In this document: positions 45,014 to 55,974 of the stretch, piece by piece | Layout: each line of letters opens with the position of its first letter | Position numbering within the stretch: the stretch's first letter is position 1 | Origin: Epithemia pelagica | Lineage: Eukaryota > Protista > Bacillariophyta | Length of the DNA stretch: 64,000 bases | Reading direction: 5' to 3' | NCBI GenBank assembly: GCA_946965045.2 | Contig: OX337242.1 | Coordinates: 2,480,001-2,544,000 of the forward strand | Program-made: the position numbers and the translations under genes | The notes under the pieces: generated by a model | What the model was told of the DNA's origin: nothing | Database searches by the model: none | Seen by the model: only the letters and a program-made list of their open reading frames with translations

Positions 45014-48000
45014 ATGGACGACAACAACGACGATGGAATGCTACATGATCAAATTCATCAACAGTTGGATCGATACTTCAACTCCTTAGAAACAGAATGG
45101 ACTTCTCCAATGACCTTTGCAATGCACACTGGTGATGATTGCATATGCAACCAAACAACAAGTTGCTTCGACATTTGTGCTTTCATTGGATGGGGCCCTC
45201 AAGCGGAGCACGTCAAAGGGAACTTCGCATATTTCTGTCAAACAGCATACCCTCCATGTACAAACCCAAGCAATATATTCGATGAAGATGGGTCCTTTTT
45301 GAAGCTAAAAGCTGATATCTCCAAAACTGCGATGTGTGGAGGATTTTCTATTGTCTCCAATGGTACATCACACAAAAAGGCGTTGGCCACTCGCAAGGCT
45401 TTCCCTAAAGGAAGTGAACCTCCGTACATGCAACGTACCTTCACTTGTGACCGCTACCGCCGCTATACCAACAAACGGAAGCGAGTATCTGTGGGAGACC
45501 CCAACATGGAACACCGTAAGGTTTCACTTCATAATGACAAGAAAGGCAACAGTAGGGGGGTTGATGGCAAAAAGGGACCAAGAAAAAACGTGACAACACG
45601 TGCATTACAAAATGAAGACACATGCTCCTTTCGCTTTGATATATTTGTCGATATGTATGGCTTTTATGTCAAGCGTAGTTCTGGATCTGTCACCCACTGT
45701 AATCATATGAAGCGGTTGCCTGCGGATATTCCAATAAAACTTCGTCATTTGACGTCAGAACAGAGACGGAGTACAGCTGAACTTGGTAAAGCCCTGACTC
45801 GTCCAGCTAATGGTCGAAACTTCTTCCATGCAAATCACGATCTCACACTGACTCCACAACAACTTCGGTATGCATTTCACAACTTTGCATCAGATTCAAA
45901 ATATCACTACAATGGTATTGAAGTAGGTGCTGGAGCAATTGTTGAATGGTTGCGATCAACACCAGACATAAGTTACTGCATATGGGGGGCAAAACCTCCT
46001 AATGTTGTAAACGCTCAGGTCCAGCGACAAGCTGGCTTAATCTTCAGTGAAAACCAGGTCGATTGTGGAGTGAGACATATATCAGACCTTACTAATTTTT
46101 GTCAAGAAGTTCTTCAAGAATACACTGCTGATATGGAAAAAGAAAGGCAACAGTAGGGGGGTTGATGGCAAAAAGGGACCAAGAAAAAACGTGACAACAC
46201 GTGCATTACAAAATGAAGACACATGCTCCTTTCGCTTTGATATATTTGTCGATATGTATGGCTTTTATGTCAAGCGTAGTTCTGGATCTGTCACCCACTG
46301 TAATCATATGAAGCGGTTGCCTGCGGATATCCAATAAAACTTCGTCATTTGACGTCAGAACAGAGACGGCGTACAGCTGAACTTGGTAAAGCCCTGACTC
46401 GTCCAGCTAATGGTCGAAACTTCTTCCATGCAAATCACGATCTCACACTGACTCCACAACAACTTCGGTATGCATTTCACAACTTTGCATCAGATTCAAA
46501 ATATCACTACAATGGTATTGAAGTAGGTGCTGGAGCAATTGTTGAATGGTTGCGATCAACACCAGACATAAGTTACTGCATATGGGGGGCAAAACCTCCT
46601 AATGTTGTAAACGCTCAGGTCCAGCGACAAGCTGGCTTAATCTTCAGTGAAAACCAGGTCGATTGTGGAGTGAGACATATATCAGACCTTACTAATTTTT
46701 GTCAAGAAGTTCTTCAAGAATACACTGCTGATATGGAAAATTTAGGTCTACAAGAAAACCAGCATTTCTTCATCGCTTGTGCATGGATCACCAACAAGGA
46801 AAAGAGAATGTTCCGCTTATTCCCTCATGTCCTCAAGATTGATGTTACAGAGGGAACAAACAAGGAGTCACGACCACTTCTTACAGTTTCTATCCGATCC
46901 ACCTTTGGGAAATATATTATAATTCTGCGGATGTTTCTACGTGATCAGCGTCAGGGAACTTTTCGATGGGTATTTTCCTTTGCCCTGCCAAAACTTCTTG
47001 GAGATCAATGGACATCCCAAATTCAAAGTGTCATAACCGATGGTGACTCACATGAGATTGTTGAACTTGAAGAGGCCTGTCGTCGTTACATGCCAAATTG
47101 CTTTCGTGTTCGTTGTGGGTGGCATATTATTCATAAGGGATGGTTACGACATTGCTCATTCGGGAATGCCATTGACTCAACGTACATTTGACAATACAAA
47201 CTGTTTTGCTACACTGTGAAACAGTGGTGTTACACGTTCATGTACCCAAGATATTGTGAAAATGAAAATGAGTTGGTGATATCAAAGTGCCTGCTCTTGG
47301 CCTACATTCATTCACGGCAGGTTCGAAAGTTCCTTCCAGACAACTTACGTTGGAACGTGCAAAACTTTTTGATTGGGTATGTTTTTTTTTCACGATCGAC
47401 AACTTGTGCACTATTACAGACAAAATCTTCGTCATTATGAAGAGTGCACTAACAGCAGTCACGAAGGTACAAACTGTGGTATCAAAGAGCACTCAGCTCC
47501 AGTTTTACCAGGTGGAACAGTCCAAGGCAATGCAGCGTTGTTGAAGTTTCAATCAGACATTCTAATCAATTCACAATTACGTCTCGCAGCAACGCGAGTC
47601 GAAGCTAAATCTGTTTGGATGAAGGAGAATCTCCTACCACTCAACGGAATGGTAACTGAATTGTGCCATGATTTAGTCCACAATGCATGGACGCGCCGTG
47701 ACAAATATGCAATTCGACGTGATAGATCATCACCATGGAACTGGCATGTCAAAGTGGTAGATACCAACTGTTTGGATACAGAGAAGAAACGCCTTCATCC
47801 AGTATGGCATCGTACAAGAACGGTAACATTGGATTCTTCCGGGCGCTTATTGTGTTCCTGCGGTACGTTTCAAAGGTGTGGTTACCCATGTTCGCATCAA
47901 GCCGCAGTACTGTGTTTTGAGTGCCGGGACTACCAAGGCTTCACCCATCATGATGTGAGTATTGTGTGGTGGAAGAAATACATTTTCTTTGGCTTTCGCA

Positions 48001-48800
48001 ATGCGAACAATGATACTGAGAATGCTCTAAATGATTGTTTGAAAGAACTATTAACAAATGATCTTACTGGACCAAAGTTACCATTTGACACGGGACCAAC
48101 ATGGTGTGAGAAAGAGGAATGGTGCTACTGCCCAACCGGTTTTGATTTGCCAGATTGGGAAACTGAAGCATGCCTGAATTATTCGCAAGAACGAATAACA
48201 AGAGTCGTCACAACATTTTCTGGTTTCTTTAACTACACTGAAAATGTATCTTTGGACCAAGACAACTTGACACAGGAGTCGTTTACTGCTCCGGATGGGA
48301 TAAATCCACAATATGGGCGCTCAATGCCTTCACTTCAAGGAGTCAGGGATAATCCATGCCCAAGTGATAGTGAATCTCTCCAAGACGACAATATATCTCA
48401 TGATGAGTCTAATCGTGGCCTTGAAAACGACACAATTGACAATGTTGATGAAGGAATTGGGGACATATTTGTTGATGATACTGATGATGCAACTGATCTC
48501 CACACAAAATGTGATGAGGTGTATGGCGAAGCATTAGCGCCCAATTCATTTGTTCAACTAATGACAGAGGAGTTGAACGAAATCAAGAAACTGTGCCGTT
48601 CAGCAAGTTACAATAATAATGGAGTGGATTTGATGAAACCACTTGTTTGTCTGCGTGAATTAACAAGATCAATCCGCAAGGACATGGCTACTCGAAGTAA
48701 TCATAATCATGGACAAGAGTGGGTTTCTTCGAATTCAGAGCATTCCCGCCATTGCCGTAGATTCCGCGGTGCTAGATTGGGGTTAACGGAATTTGATTGA
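45014..48800 (+). pseudogene. MULE transposase with WRKY/FAR1-like N-terminus and SWIM finger, disrupted
   Basis: KIDVTEGTN (D), ITDGD (D), RCGWH, TNSSHEGTN (E), CSCG..GYPCSH. Lesions: 601-bp internal duplication, in-frame TGA at 47189-47191, +1 T in the T9 run at 47382-47390. Confidence 0.88.
45540..46740 (+). repeat. Near-perfect 601/600-bp tandem duplication inside the MULE transposase
   Basis: 45540-46140 vs 46141-46740; one substitution and one 1-bp indel seen. Confidence 0.92.
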
Positions 48801-48842
48801 ATAAAGTAACAATTGATCAGTTAATAAATTTTATTTTACCTA
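48799..48842. terminator. Putative bidirectional polyadenylation region between the convergent MULE transposase and TET/JBP genes
   Basis: AATAAA twice on + and TTTATT (AATAAA on -) within 45 bp. Confidence 0.45.
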
Positions 48843-48845
48843 TAT

Positions 48846-50114
48846 TCAGTTATCCTTCTTTTGTAATTGGTTCAAAATACACTCTTCGATTCCAGTGAGG
48901 GGGGTGGTATTGTCGTTTTTTCCAACAACCGCTGTCTTGAGGTAGAACGATATGCAAAAAACATCCTCACTGGTAACCTTCTTCGAAACACAGTGATAGA
49001 CTTGGGGGTTGAAGAACAAAATGTCCATGTTTCGAAGGGCAACTGCATGTCCACATTGTGGAAAGACAAAATAGCAAAGAATATTGTTTCCAACTGAATC
49101 CGGTTCAGTGGCCATGGTTATCACTGCAGAATAACCAAAGTCTTGGTCGGTGTGTGCACCAAGAAATACATTCCTTCCAAAAGCGATTGACGAGAAAAAT
49201 GTGCTGTCGTTGCTCCCGTCTGAGAAAGTTGGTATACCTTGAACAGCCTTGGTAATGGAATAGCTCTGTATTATAGACCAGTGCATCCACTCGCAAAATA
49301 AATGCTCGAATCGTCGCACCAATTTCATCAATGCCTGCTTATCTTTGCCTGTCATGAGTTTCTTTTTGGAATCAACAATTCCGTGTCGACCTTGATTTGC
49401 ATGTTTGCCAATGGTTACATACGAAGATTGATGTGATTCCATTCCGACATATCGAAACTTCCCTCGTTGTTGGAAAGAACATGCAGATTCCAATGATTCA
49501 AAGACCGAAATTACTTTCTTCTGTACTGGGAACGATAAATGATTCTGTCCTGGTACCTTGAGAAACACAGGCAGTGTTGAATCACTGGGTTGATATAGAG
49601 CTCCACCATCAGTATCGGTAGTATGGAACTTAGAAAGAGACACAAATATCGGTCGGACGGTTTTGGTGCCACTGCCTTCAAAGTATTCGTCGTCTGTACT
49701 ATCACTTTTGAATGTGACTGTGTTCCTCATCAAGTAGTCTGGTGTCATTTGTGAAGCCAATGGAGCCTCGGGCACTTTCTCAAGAGTATCTTGTTTGTTA
49801 TTCTTTCTCTTGTTTCTCTGTCTGTTGCATTTCCTGAAAGGTGTAGCACATCCTTGAATGATAGCTTCTGAGACCTGTGTTCGACGTGAAGAATTATTTC
49901 TTGACTTGTATGTATGAACAACTGAAGAAACATCAATGTGTTGTCGATCTTGTAGATGCGAAAGTATTCTTCCCATGGTGGGTATTGTTGCCAGCCCCGC
50001 CCTTCTTATAGAGGCCTCCCCTAAAGGAGGACCTCCCAAAGGCAAAGAGGTAGATCCATTGTTGTCAGGTTGCTGACTCAGGGTCAAACAGCCTCTCTTG
50101 ACTGGTTTGGACAT
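48846..50114 (-). CDS. TET/JBP-like Fe(II) dioxygenase, MULE cargo
   Basis: FSSIAFGRNVFLGAHTDQD (HxD), YFVFPQCGHAVALRNMDILFFNPQVYHCVS (distal H) and ISFYLK parallel the TET/JBP double-stranded beta-helix pattern; intact ORF. Confidence 0.72.
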   Translation of the reverse strand: MSKPVKRGCLTLSQQPDNNGSTSLPLGGPPLGEASIRRAGLATIPTMGRILSHLQDRQHIDVSSVVHTYKSRNNSSRRTQVSEAIIQGCATPFRKCNRQRNKRKNNKQDTLEKVPEAPLASQMTPDYLMRNTVTFKSDSTDDEYFEGSGTKTVRPIFVSLSKFHTTDTDGGALYQPSDSTLPVFLKVPGQNHLSFPVQKKVISVFESLESACSFQQRGKFRYVGMESHQSSYVTIGKHANQGRHGIVDSKKKLMTGKDKQALMKLVRRFEHLFCEWMHWSIIQSYSITKAVQGIPTFSDGSNDSTFFSSIAFGRNVFLGAHTDQDFGYSAVITMATEPDSVGNNILCYFVFPQCGHAVALRNMDILFFNPQVYHCVSKKVTSEDVFCISFYLKTAVVGKNDNTTPLTGIEECILNQLQKKDN

Positions 50115-50135
50115 TTCAATACTCAAGCAACCAAT

Positions 50136-50483
50136 GAGAGCTTCCAAACAGTATCAGCCTTCCCAAAAGAGCAGGATGGAGAAGCCCCCAATTGCCAGGG
50201 CTGTATCTTCTGATGGAAATGAGATAAAAGGACGATCAGGGATGATTTAGAATTGTCTTGGCATGGACCAGGTTGCCCAAGTGTCAGAATGGGCGTAGCA
50301 CTTACGGTTCCAAAGAGAGCTTCCAAACAGTATCAGCCTTCCCAAAAGAGCAGGATGGAGAAGCCCCCAATTGCCAGGGCTGTATCTTCTGATGGAAATG
50401 AGATAAATGAACGATCAGGGATGATTTAGAATTGTCTTGGCATGGACCAGGTTGCCCAAGTGTCAGAATGGGCGTAGCACTTA
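50136..50483. repeat. 169-bp direct duplication with a 10-bp spacer, upstream of the TET/JBP gene
   Basis: 50136-50304 vs 50315-50483 (offset 179), about 2 differences. Confidence 0.9.
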
Positions 50484-50937
50484 CTCTCCAGAAGTTGTGG
50501 TTATTGGAATGAAAGGATTGCTTTGGTGAAGCTGTTGCTGCTGATACAGATGCTGGTGAAGCTTGTGCTGCTGCTGTTGTTGATGAGAAGTTGAGGTGTG
50601 TATTGCTGTGGTGTGGAGAAAAGGAGGGATAGGACAGGATTTTTCTTCAATGTGGGTGGCAGTTGGTCTGCGCAAGTCGGCCTGGTTGGCAACCGTGCAC
50701 AGTTTTGGCTACATTAAGGTTAAGGATTAGTCTGTCTGCTGTCCTTGTTTCTGCGGACCTCTAATGGCGAATTATCATAATCCCCATCACTCTAAGAGCA
50801 CACATTTAGCTAGTAGACCAGTAACACCAATCCAACCTAACGCTCACTCACACCATACAGCATACAGCCGGTCATCACAAAACAGCACTTACCATTCATC
50901 ATTCTCCCTATTTGTTGTTGAAGAAGAAATCAACACC

Positions 50938-52584
50938 ATGTCGATCATCCACCACAAAAGTGACAGTGACAACTCCATTCTTCACTTTACCTCGACCTGT
51001 GGCATACAGTCCTCCCTGATCTGCTGTCAGTCCTACGCTTATTTCATCGCAGACTGTCTGACATCGTGCATATTATCACCACCCAAAGAGCAATTACAAT
51101 CCATTCTTACCGCCACAGCTTCCTGGTTGATCCGCCAACAGCAATGGATTGATGTTTCTTCTTCAATCCAATATGAAAATAATCATCCGTGTATCATTTT
51201 TCAATACACCTTCGAAGAAGTCCTTCATCAAGTCAGTTCTCATATGCTTCAGTGGCTGAATGGAGAAGACGATGAAAACCTTGTATCCATTTCAGAAAGC
51301 ATGGACCCCGCCAACATCATACTTGAATTGAAATGCATACCTCAGTTTGCCGTTTGTGAATGCAAAGGTTGTTTGGAATGCACATCGTTCGTCGTTGGAG
51401 AGACAAATGATTTTCCCAAAGACTCCATTACCGACCTGATTCTCTTTTGGATCCAACGCAACCAAGCTCATTTTCTTGTAACGGACAACAATTCTGGTAA
51501 ATCAATGGAGCCTAAGTCACTGGAGAGTATATTTCCACTTCTATCCCAATATATTGGACGGCAAATCGATACCACAAGGGTATCTCAAGACGCAAGAATC
51601 TCCATGGCTTCCAACAACAAGTTCAGTCGCCACTCCAGTCCGTCTCGACATAAATATCAAACTCGACAACAAAATCATCTACTATCTCAGGACATTTTAC
51701 TGAGTTCCAAATCACGGACAAAGCCAAACTACGATGACGGTCGTCGTTTCAAACACGGAGACCCATTCAAAATATCCCCATGCAGAATTTCCTGTCCCAA
51801 TCTACCTCTATGTCCTAGTGATTCAATCATTGCTGACAGAGTGACTCTCATTGAAGATCTGAAAGAATTCCACGAGATAGCCAAGATGTCTGGGCTACAT
51901 TCTCCAAGGGACGCTTGGGAGGACTGGATGGATTGTGGGGCAACAGACAAGCTTGCCGACAAAGCTTTTATGTGTCTCATTATAATTCTTATGAGCTCCA
52001 GCACCACCGACAGTCAATTGGCGGCATTCATTCCACAAATGTTTTCCAGTGGACTTACATCAGCGGACGGTGTAATAGAGGTATCACAGCGGATTGGAAT
52101 GGATGCCTTTTGTGCCCTCATCTCTCCAGTTGGTCGATTCCACCAAAATGCAGAAAGAATTGTACATGCGGCATCTTATTTTGTTGTCAAACACAAAGGC
52201 CGCATTCCATCTGATATATCCATCCGAGAACTCACCTCTTTATTCGGAATTGGATACAAGACAGCACAGATCATTGTCTCAAGTGCATTCGGTCGAATGG
52301 ACGGAATTCCTTCGGATGTCCACGTCATTCGCTGGTGTGAGGCACTCAAATGGGTGCCACCACTTGCAAATGACGGTCTCCTCTGTTCCAAGTGCATTGA
52401 ACAATGGCTGCCTAAATCCAAATGGCATCTTATCAATCCACTTTTTGGGGCGTTTGGTCAGCTCATTCAAAATCCTGATACACGGCCACCTCTCTTGAGC
52501 CTATTGGAGGAGAAGGCTTCGGATCTGGTGAAATCTGTCTTTCTCAAAATGCTGAAGGCATATGGCAAAAACAAATTCTTCTAA
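50938..52584 (+). CDS. HhH-GPD DNA glycosylase/AP lyase (endonuclease III/NTH-like) with a long unknown N-terminal region; hAT cargo
   Basis: ILMSSSTTD, ELTSLFGIGYKTA (HhH with catalytic K), IPSDVHV (catalytic D), EQWLPKSKW..INPLFGAFGQ; no 4-Cys FeS motif at the C-terminus. Confidence 0.85.
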   Translation: MSIIHHKSDSDNSILHFTSTCGIQSSLICCQSYAYFIADCLTSCILSPPKEQLQSILTATASWLIRQQQWIDVSSSIQYENNHPCIIFQYTFEEVLHQVSSHMLQWLNGEDDENLVSISESMDPANIILELKCIPQFAVCECKGCLECTSFVVGETNDFPKDSITDLILFWIQRNQAHFLVTDNNSGKSMEPKSLESIFPLLSQYIGRQIDTTRVSQDARISMASNNKFSRHSSPSRHKYQTRQQNHLLSQDILLSSKSRTKPNYDDGRRFKHGDPFKISPCRISCPNLPLCPSDSIIADRVTLIEDLKEFHEIAKMSGLHSPRDAWEDWMDCGATDKLADKAFMCLIIILMSSSTTDSQLAAFIPQMFSSGLTSADGVIEVSQRIGMDAFCALISPVGRFHQNAERIVHAASYFVVKHKGRIPSDISIRELTSLFGIGYKTAQIIVSSAFGRMDGIPSDVHVIRWCEALKWVPPLANDGLLCSKCIEQWLPKSKWHLINPLFGAFGQLIQNPDTRPPLLSLLEEKASDLVKSVFLKMLKAYGKNKFF

Positions 52585-52627
52585 TATATAGATTTTTACG
52601 GTACTTTGTACACTATCCTTCACAATT

Positions 52628-53997
52628 TCATTCACTCGCTGAATCTTCGGCCTCATCTTCTTCCCTATTGTCGTTATCGCCCGTGTCATCCCTCTCGCCT
52701 TCGTTACTATACTCTGCGTCTGAATCATTTTCCTCACTGTGGCTATCACCGACGACTTCATTCAACATATGCTCCAGGTTACTTGCCACATTTTCCTCTG
52801 TGTCAGAGCCGGCCTCTGAATCTTGAACCCGTACCGCCGACTCAGGAGTCGCACCTTTCTTCTTCTTTGCCCTGGGTGAGCGTCGGACTGACTGTGATTC
52901 TCTATCCTCTTTGGACTTTATCCGGGATGATGGTTTTTCTTAGACCCGCTTTTGGAACCTGTGGACTTGAGTTTGGTTTGTTTTGCTTTCTTTTGGACAG
53001 GTGGTGTCTCATTCGCTTTTCTCTTCTTTGAACCACTCCCACTTGTTCCAGTAGTCGGCTCAACATTCGTGCCTTTGTCTTTGTCTTTGCTTGCCGCTCT
53101 TTTCTTCTTTTCTTCCGCTGCCAGTTTTCTTGATTTCTCTAAGCAATCGAGCCGTTCGATTTCTTCTCGTAGATGAAAAGTTATGGCCTCGTCGTTGTCA
53201 ATATCTTCATCTTCGACAACGGATTTGTCCTCCTCATTGTCACTTACATCCGACAAGTCAATCTTCACCACTTGAATGTCGTCAGCTGTCATGGGAACTT
53301 TGGCTTCCCCTTCTCCGTCGCCCAGATCAGGGAAATATTCATAGGTTGGATCGGGAGAGTTCGTTGCAAGAGGGTCTTGTTCAGACGACTTCTTCGCTTT
53401 GGAGTTGAAGTCGTCCAAAGCCTTGGTGGCTTTCATTAGCAACATGTTGCGAAGATACTCGGCTTGCTCCGTGTCTTCGAACAAATGCGGAGTCTTCTTC
53501 TTCTCATTACCAACTGCTGTTGCATGTGACGGATCAGTATCCTGCGTATTGGACGGTGTATCATCAGTGTTTCCGACCTCGCTTGCCTGGACCTCGGTTG
53601 CCTGTTTTGCCAGATTGCCTGTATCCGTGGACGTTCCCCCAGTGCTGGTTGCAGTCTCTGCAGTCTTCTCCACCGCCTTGTCGTCATCATCATTGTCGAT
53701 GGCCATCACTTCTGCTTCCCGTTTCTTATTCTCAATAGCAATCTCTCGTTGGACAATCTCGAGGCAAATCTTTCTGGTTAATTTCTCCATCGCCCTCATC
53801 TCGAAATTCTTGGCTGTTGTTTTGGATTAAAGTTTGTTTTGTTGAAACCAGGAACCGAGTGAAAATACTCGTTCCTGAAAAGCATTAGTGGCAGGCTTTG
53901 TAAGCCAAATCACAGCCGATGGGAACACGTGGGGAAAATTGTCCTTGTTGTGATCCCACCACGCCATTACATCAAAATACTCGCCAACCACTAAGAA
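52628..53997 (-). pseudogene. hAT transposase, 3' part (dimerisation domain and long charged tail)
   Basis: YFDVMAWW..FPHVFPSA..LTKPATNAFQERVFS; in-frame TAA at 53827-53829 and a frameshift near 52935. Confidence 0.85.
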
Positions 53998-54500
53998 CAC
54001 TGCACACATCTTTCCTTCTGTTTGAGTACTGTTTATGTTAATCAACACCACTACACTGAATAAGAACGGCGCTCGCGCTCCCTATAAGATTGCGCTTATT
54101 CAGTAGGCCGATTTTCCTATTCACATCAACATGTTCTTTATTCAGACAGTATTCACCATGCAAAACCTTATTCAGAACCCGATACCCAAAACAGTAGGCT
54201 CTATTCAGTATGTCAATGCGTTATTCAACATAAAACCATATTAATCAACAACAACCCACTGAATAAGACCTGATGCCTGACCTCTTTTATTTAGAAGGGC
54301 ACTACTGAATATTATCTTAATTGGATAAAGGCTGTTGAACAAGTATTCGACAGCGAAGTGGAAGTCGAAGTTATAGTAAGAACTTTTCGTTCCACAACTT
54401 TTGAGGAACAAAAGTCAGCCCTATTGGCACCTTGATATATAGTCCGTACTTGCACAAATCCATCAACCAACAGCATATCAGTACTAACAACGATCTTAAT

Positions 54501-54875
54501 TTAAGCTTTGGAAGACGATTTTGTATTTCTACGACTATTTTGTGTTCGAGCGACTCCACCTGTTTCTTTTGCCTTTTCCATCAAAAGTTTTGCATGACAA
54601 GCCATGCAAAAGGCGTGATCACATGAATGATCATGTTTTACAGCGTTAGGGCAAAACATCACCGGATTCTTCGAAGTCACCTTAATACCACCCGGACCAC
54701 CGAATTTCTTGTTACATGTAGAGTTCATACACTTCCTGGGCCAAGTCTCATTATATGTGTAGTAGTCCAGTGTAAAGAAGGATCCAGTGTCTTGAACCAC
54801 GTAACAAGATAAGTTGTCATGTTCACAGGCTGCTTCCACCAATGGACTTGTATTCTGTTCAGTCCCCTGCTCCAT
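54501..54875 (-). CDS. Small Cys/His-rich zinc-finger-like protein (cargo; may be the last exon of a longer gene)
   Basis: CEH..CY..CxxxxC..FCxN..CxHxFCxxC, a RING/PHD-like ligand pattern. Confidence 0.5.
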   Translation of the reverse strand: MEQGTEQNTSPLVEAACEHDNLSCYVVQDTGSFFTLDYYTYNETWPRKCMNSTCNKKFGGPGGIKVTSKNPVMFCPNAVKHDHSCDHAFCMACHAKLLMEKAKETGGVARTQNSRRNTKSSSKA

Positions 54876-54915
54876 ACACCAACATTGTTAGAAGCTTCAT
54901 ACAATAATCCAGTAA

Positions 54916-55875
54916 TCAGAACCTTTCTCTTACCTTTTCCTCTCCAACTTTCTCCTTTTGACTGTTCTCAATTCTTGGACCCTGACGACCAATCACTTCC
55001 TTACTGATGCGACTTGAACTCCCTTTACGACCCTCATTTGTTCGTCGCAATGATTTCTCCTTTGACTGACTTTTCTCCTTGGATTGACTTGCTTTTGGTA
55101 GAGTAGCATTGCTACTCTCTCGATTACCTGAATCTCCTGGTAGAGTAGTACTCGCTTTTGGTAGAGTAGCAGTGCTACTCTCTCGATTACCTGAATCTCC
55201 TGGTAGAGCAGTACTTCCACTCGCCGGACTTGCTTTTGGTAGAGTAGCAGTGCTACTCTCTCGATTACCTGAATCTCCTGGTAGAGTAGTACTTGCTTTT
55301 GGTAGAGTAGCAGTGCTACTCTCTCGATTACCTGAATCTCCTGGTAGAGCAGTACTTCCACTCGCCGTATTGACCGCGTTGCATAGAGTAGTATTGCTAC
55401 TCGCCATATTGGAAAGAGTAACATTGCTACTCTTTGATGCCTTAGAAAGACAATCATTGTCTTCTCCCATAGAACTCCGTTGTCGTCCAGTATTTGTTTC
55501 ACTGGTTGCATTTACAATTCCCAAAATTGATCCTTCCGGGTGCAGTGTCTCTGGTCCATGCATGACGCCAATAGGAACCTGTGTCACCAAAGCGGAGGGC
55601 TGACAGTCATTATCTATGACTGTATCGATTGCTTGCTGCGTGCCTGGCGAAAACAAGGCAGGCGATTGAACATCATCCTGTCTTTGTTGAATTATATCAT
55701 CTGTATCATCCACATCAGTCATTTCCGTCTCGTTCTGCGCGCCCCCTTCACAGGTTTCGTTGTTTCTCGTCATCGTAGTGTTTCGTGCGCGTCGTTTCTG
55801 GTCTCCGTTGTCAGCAGCACCTCTGAATTTCTTAGCCAGTTGTTCTATGAAATCATCCTCAACATTTACTCCCAA
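54916..55875 (-). CDS. Low-complexity cargo ORF with 4 x 21-26-aa repeats (LPGDSGNRESSTATLPKAS)
   Basis: Minisatellite at ~55088-55366 with a 141-bp higher-order period, in frame. Confidence 0.45.
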   Translation of the reverse strand: MGVNVEDDFIEQLAKKFRGAADNGDQKRRARNTTMTRNNETCEGGAQNETEMTDVDDTDDIIQQRQDDVQSPALFSPGTQQAIDTVIDNDCQPSALVTQVPIGVMHGPETLHPEGSILGIVNATSETNTGRQRSSMGEDNDCLSKASKSSNVTLSNMASSNTTLCNAVNTASGSTALPGDSGNRESSTATLPKASTTLPGDSGNRESSTATLPKASPASGSTALPGDSGNRESSTATLPKASTTLPGDSGNRESSNATLPKASQSKEKSQSKEKSLRRTNEGRKGSSSRISKEVIGRQGPRIENSQKEKVGEEKVRERF

Positions 55876-55974
55876 CTCGTCTTATAGAAAGCTTCTCGCA
55901 TTTTCCAAAATATCCTTTATAGTCACAGACAACTGTTAGAAAAACTCATATGGATTCAATTGTGTAACACTGTT

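Larger units (their letters stand above)
37997..50770 (+). mobile_element. Mutator-like element (MULE) with ~57-60-bp TIRs; the left TIR is split by the RAG1-like element
   Basis: 44801-44849 is the exact 49-bp reverse complement of 50714-50762, and the outer TCGCCATT (38003-38010) pairs with 50763-50770. TTATCA flanks both sides (37991-37996; 50772-50777), a possible partial TSD. Confidence 0.85.

Noticed and set aside
50764-50937. N-terminal extension of the glycosylase ORF from the ATG at 50764
   Set aside because: That ATG lies inside the MULE right TIR; the ATG at 50938 (caacaccATG) is the more plausible start.
48846-52584. TET/JBP and glycosylase as original cargo of one element
   Set aside because: The MULE right TIR separates them, so they belong to different elements.
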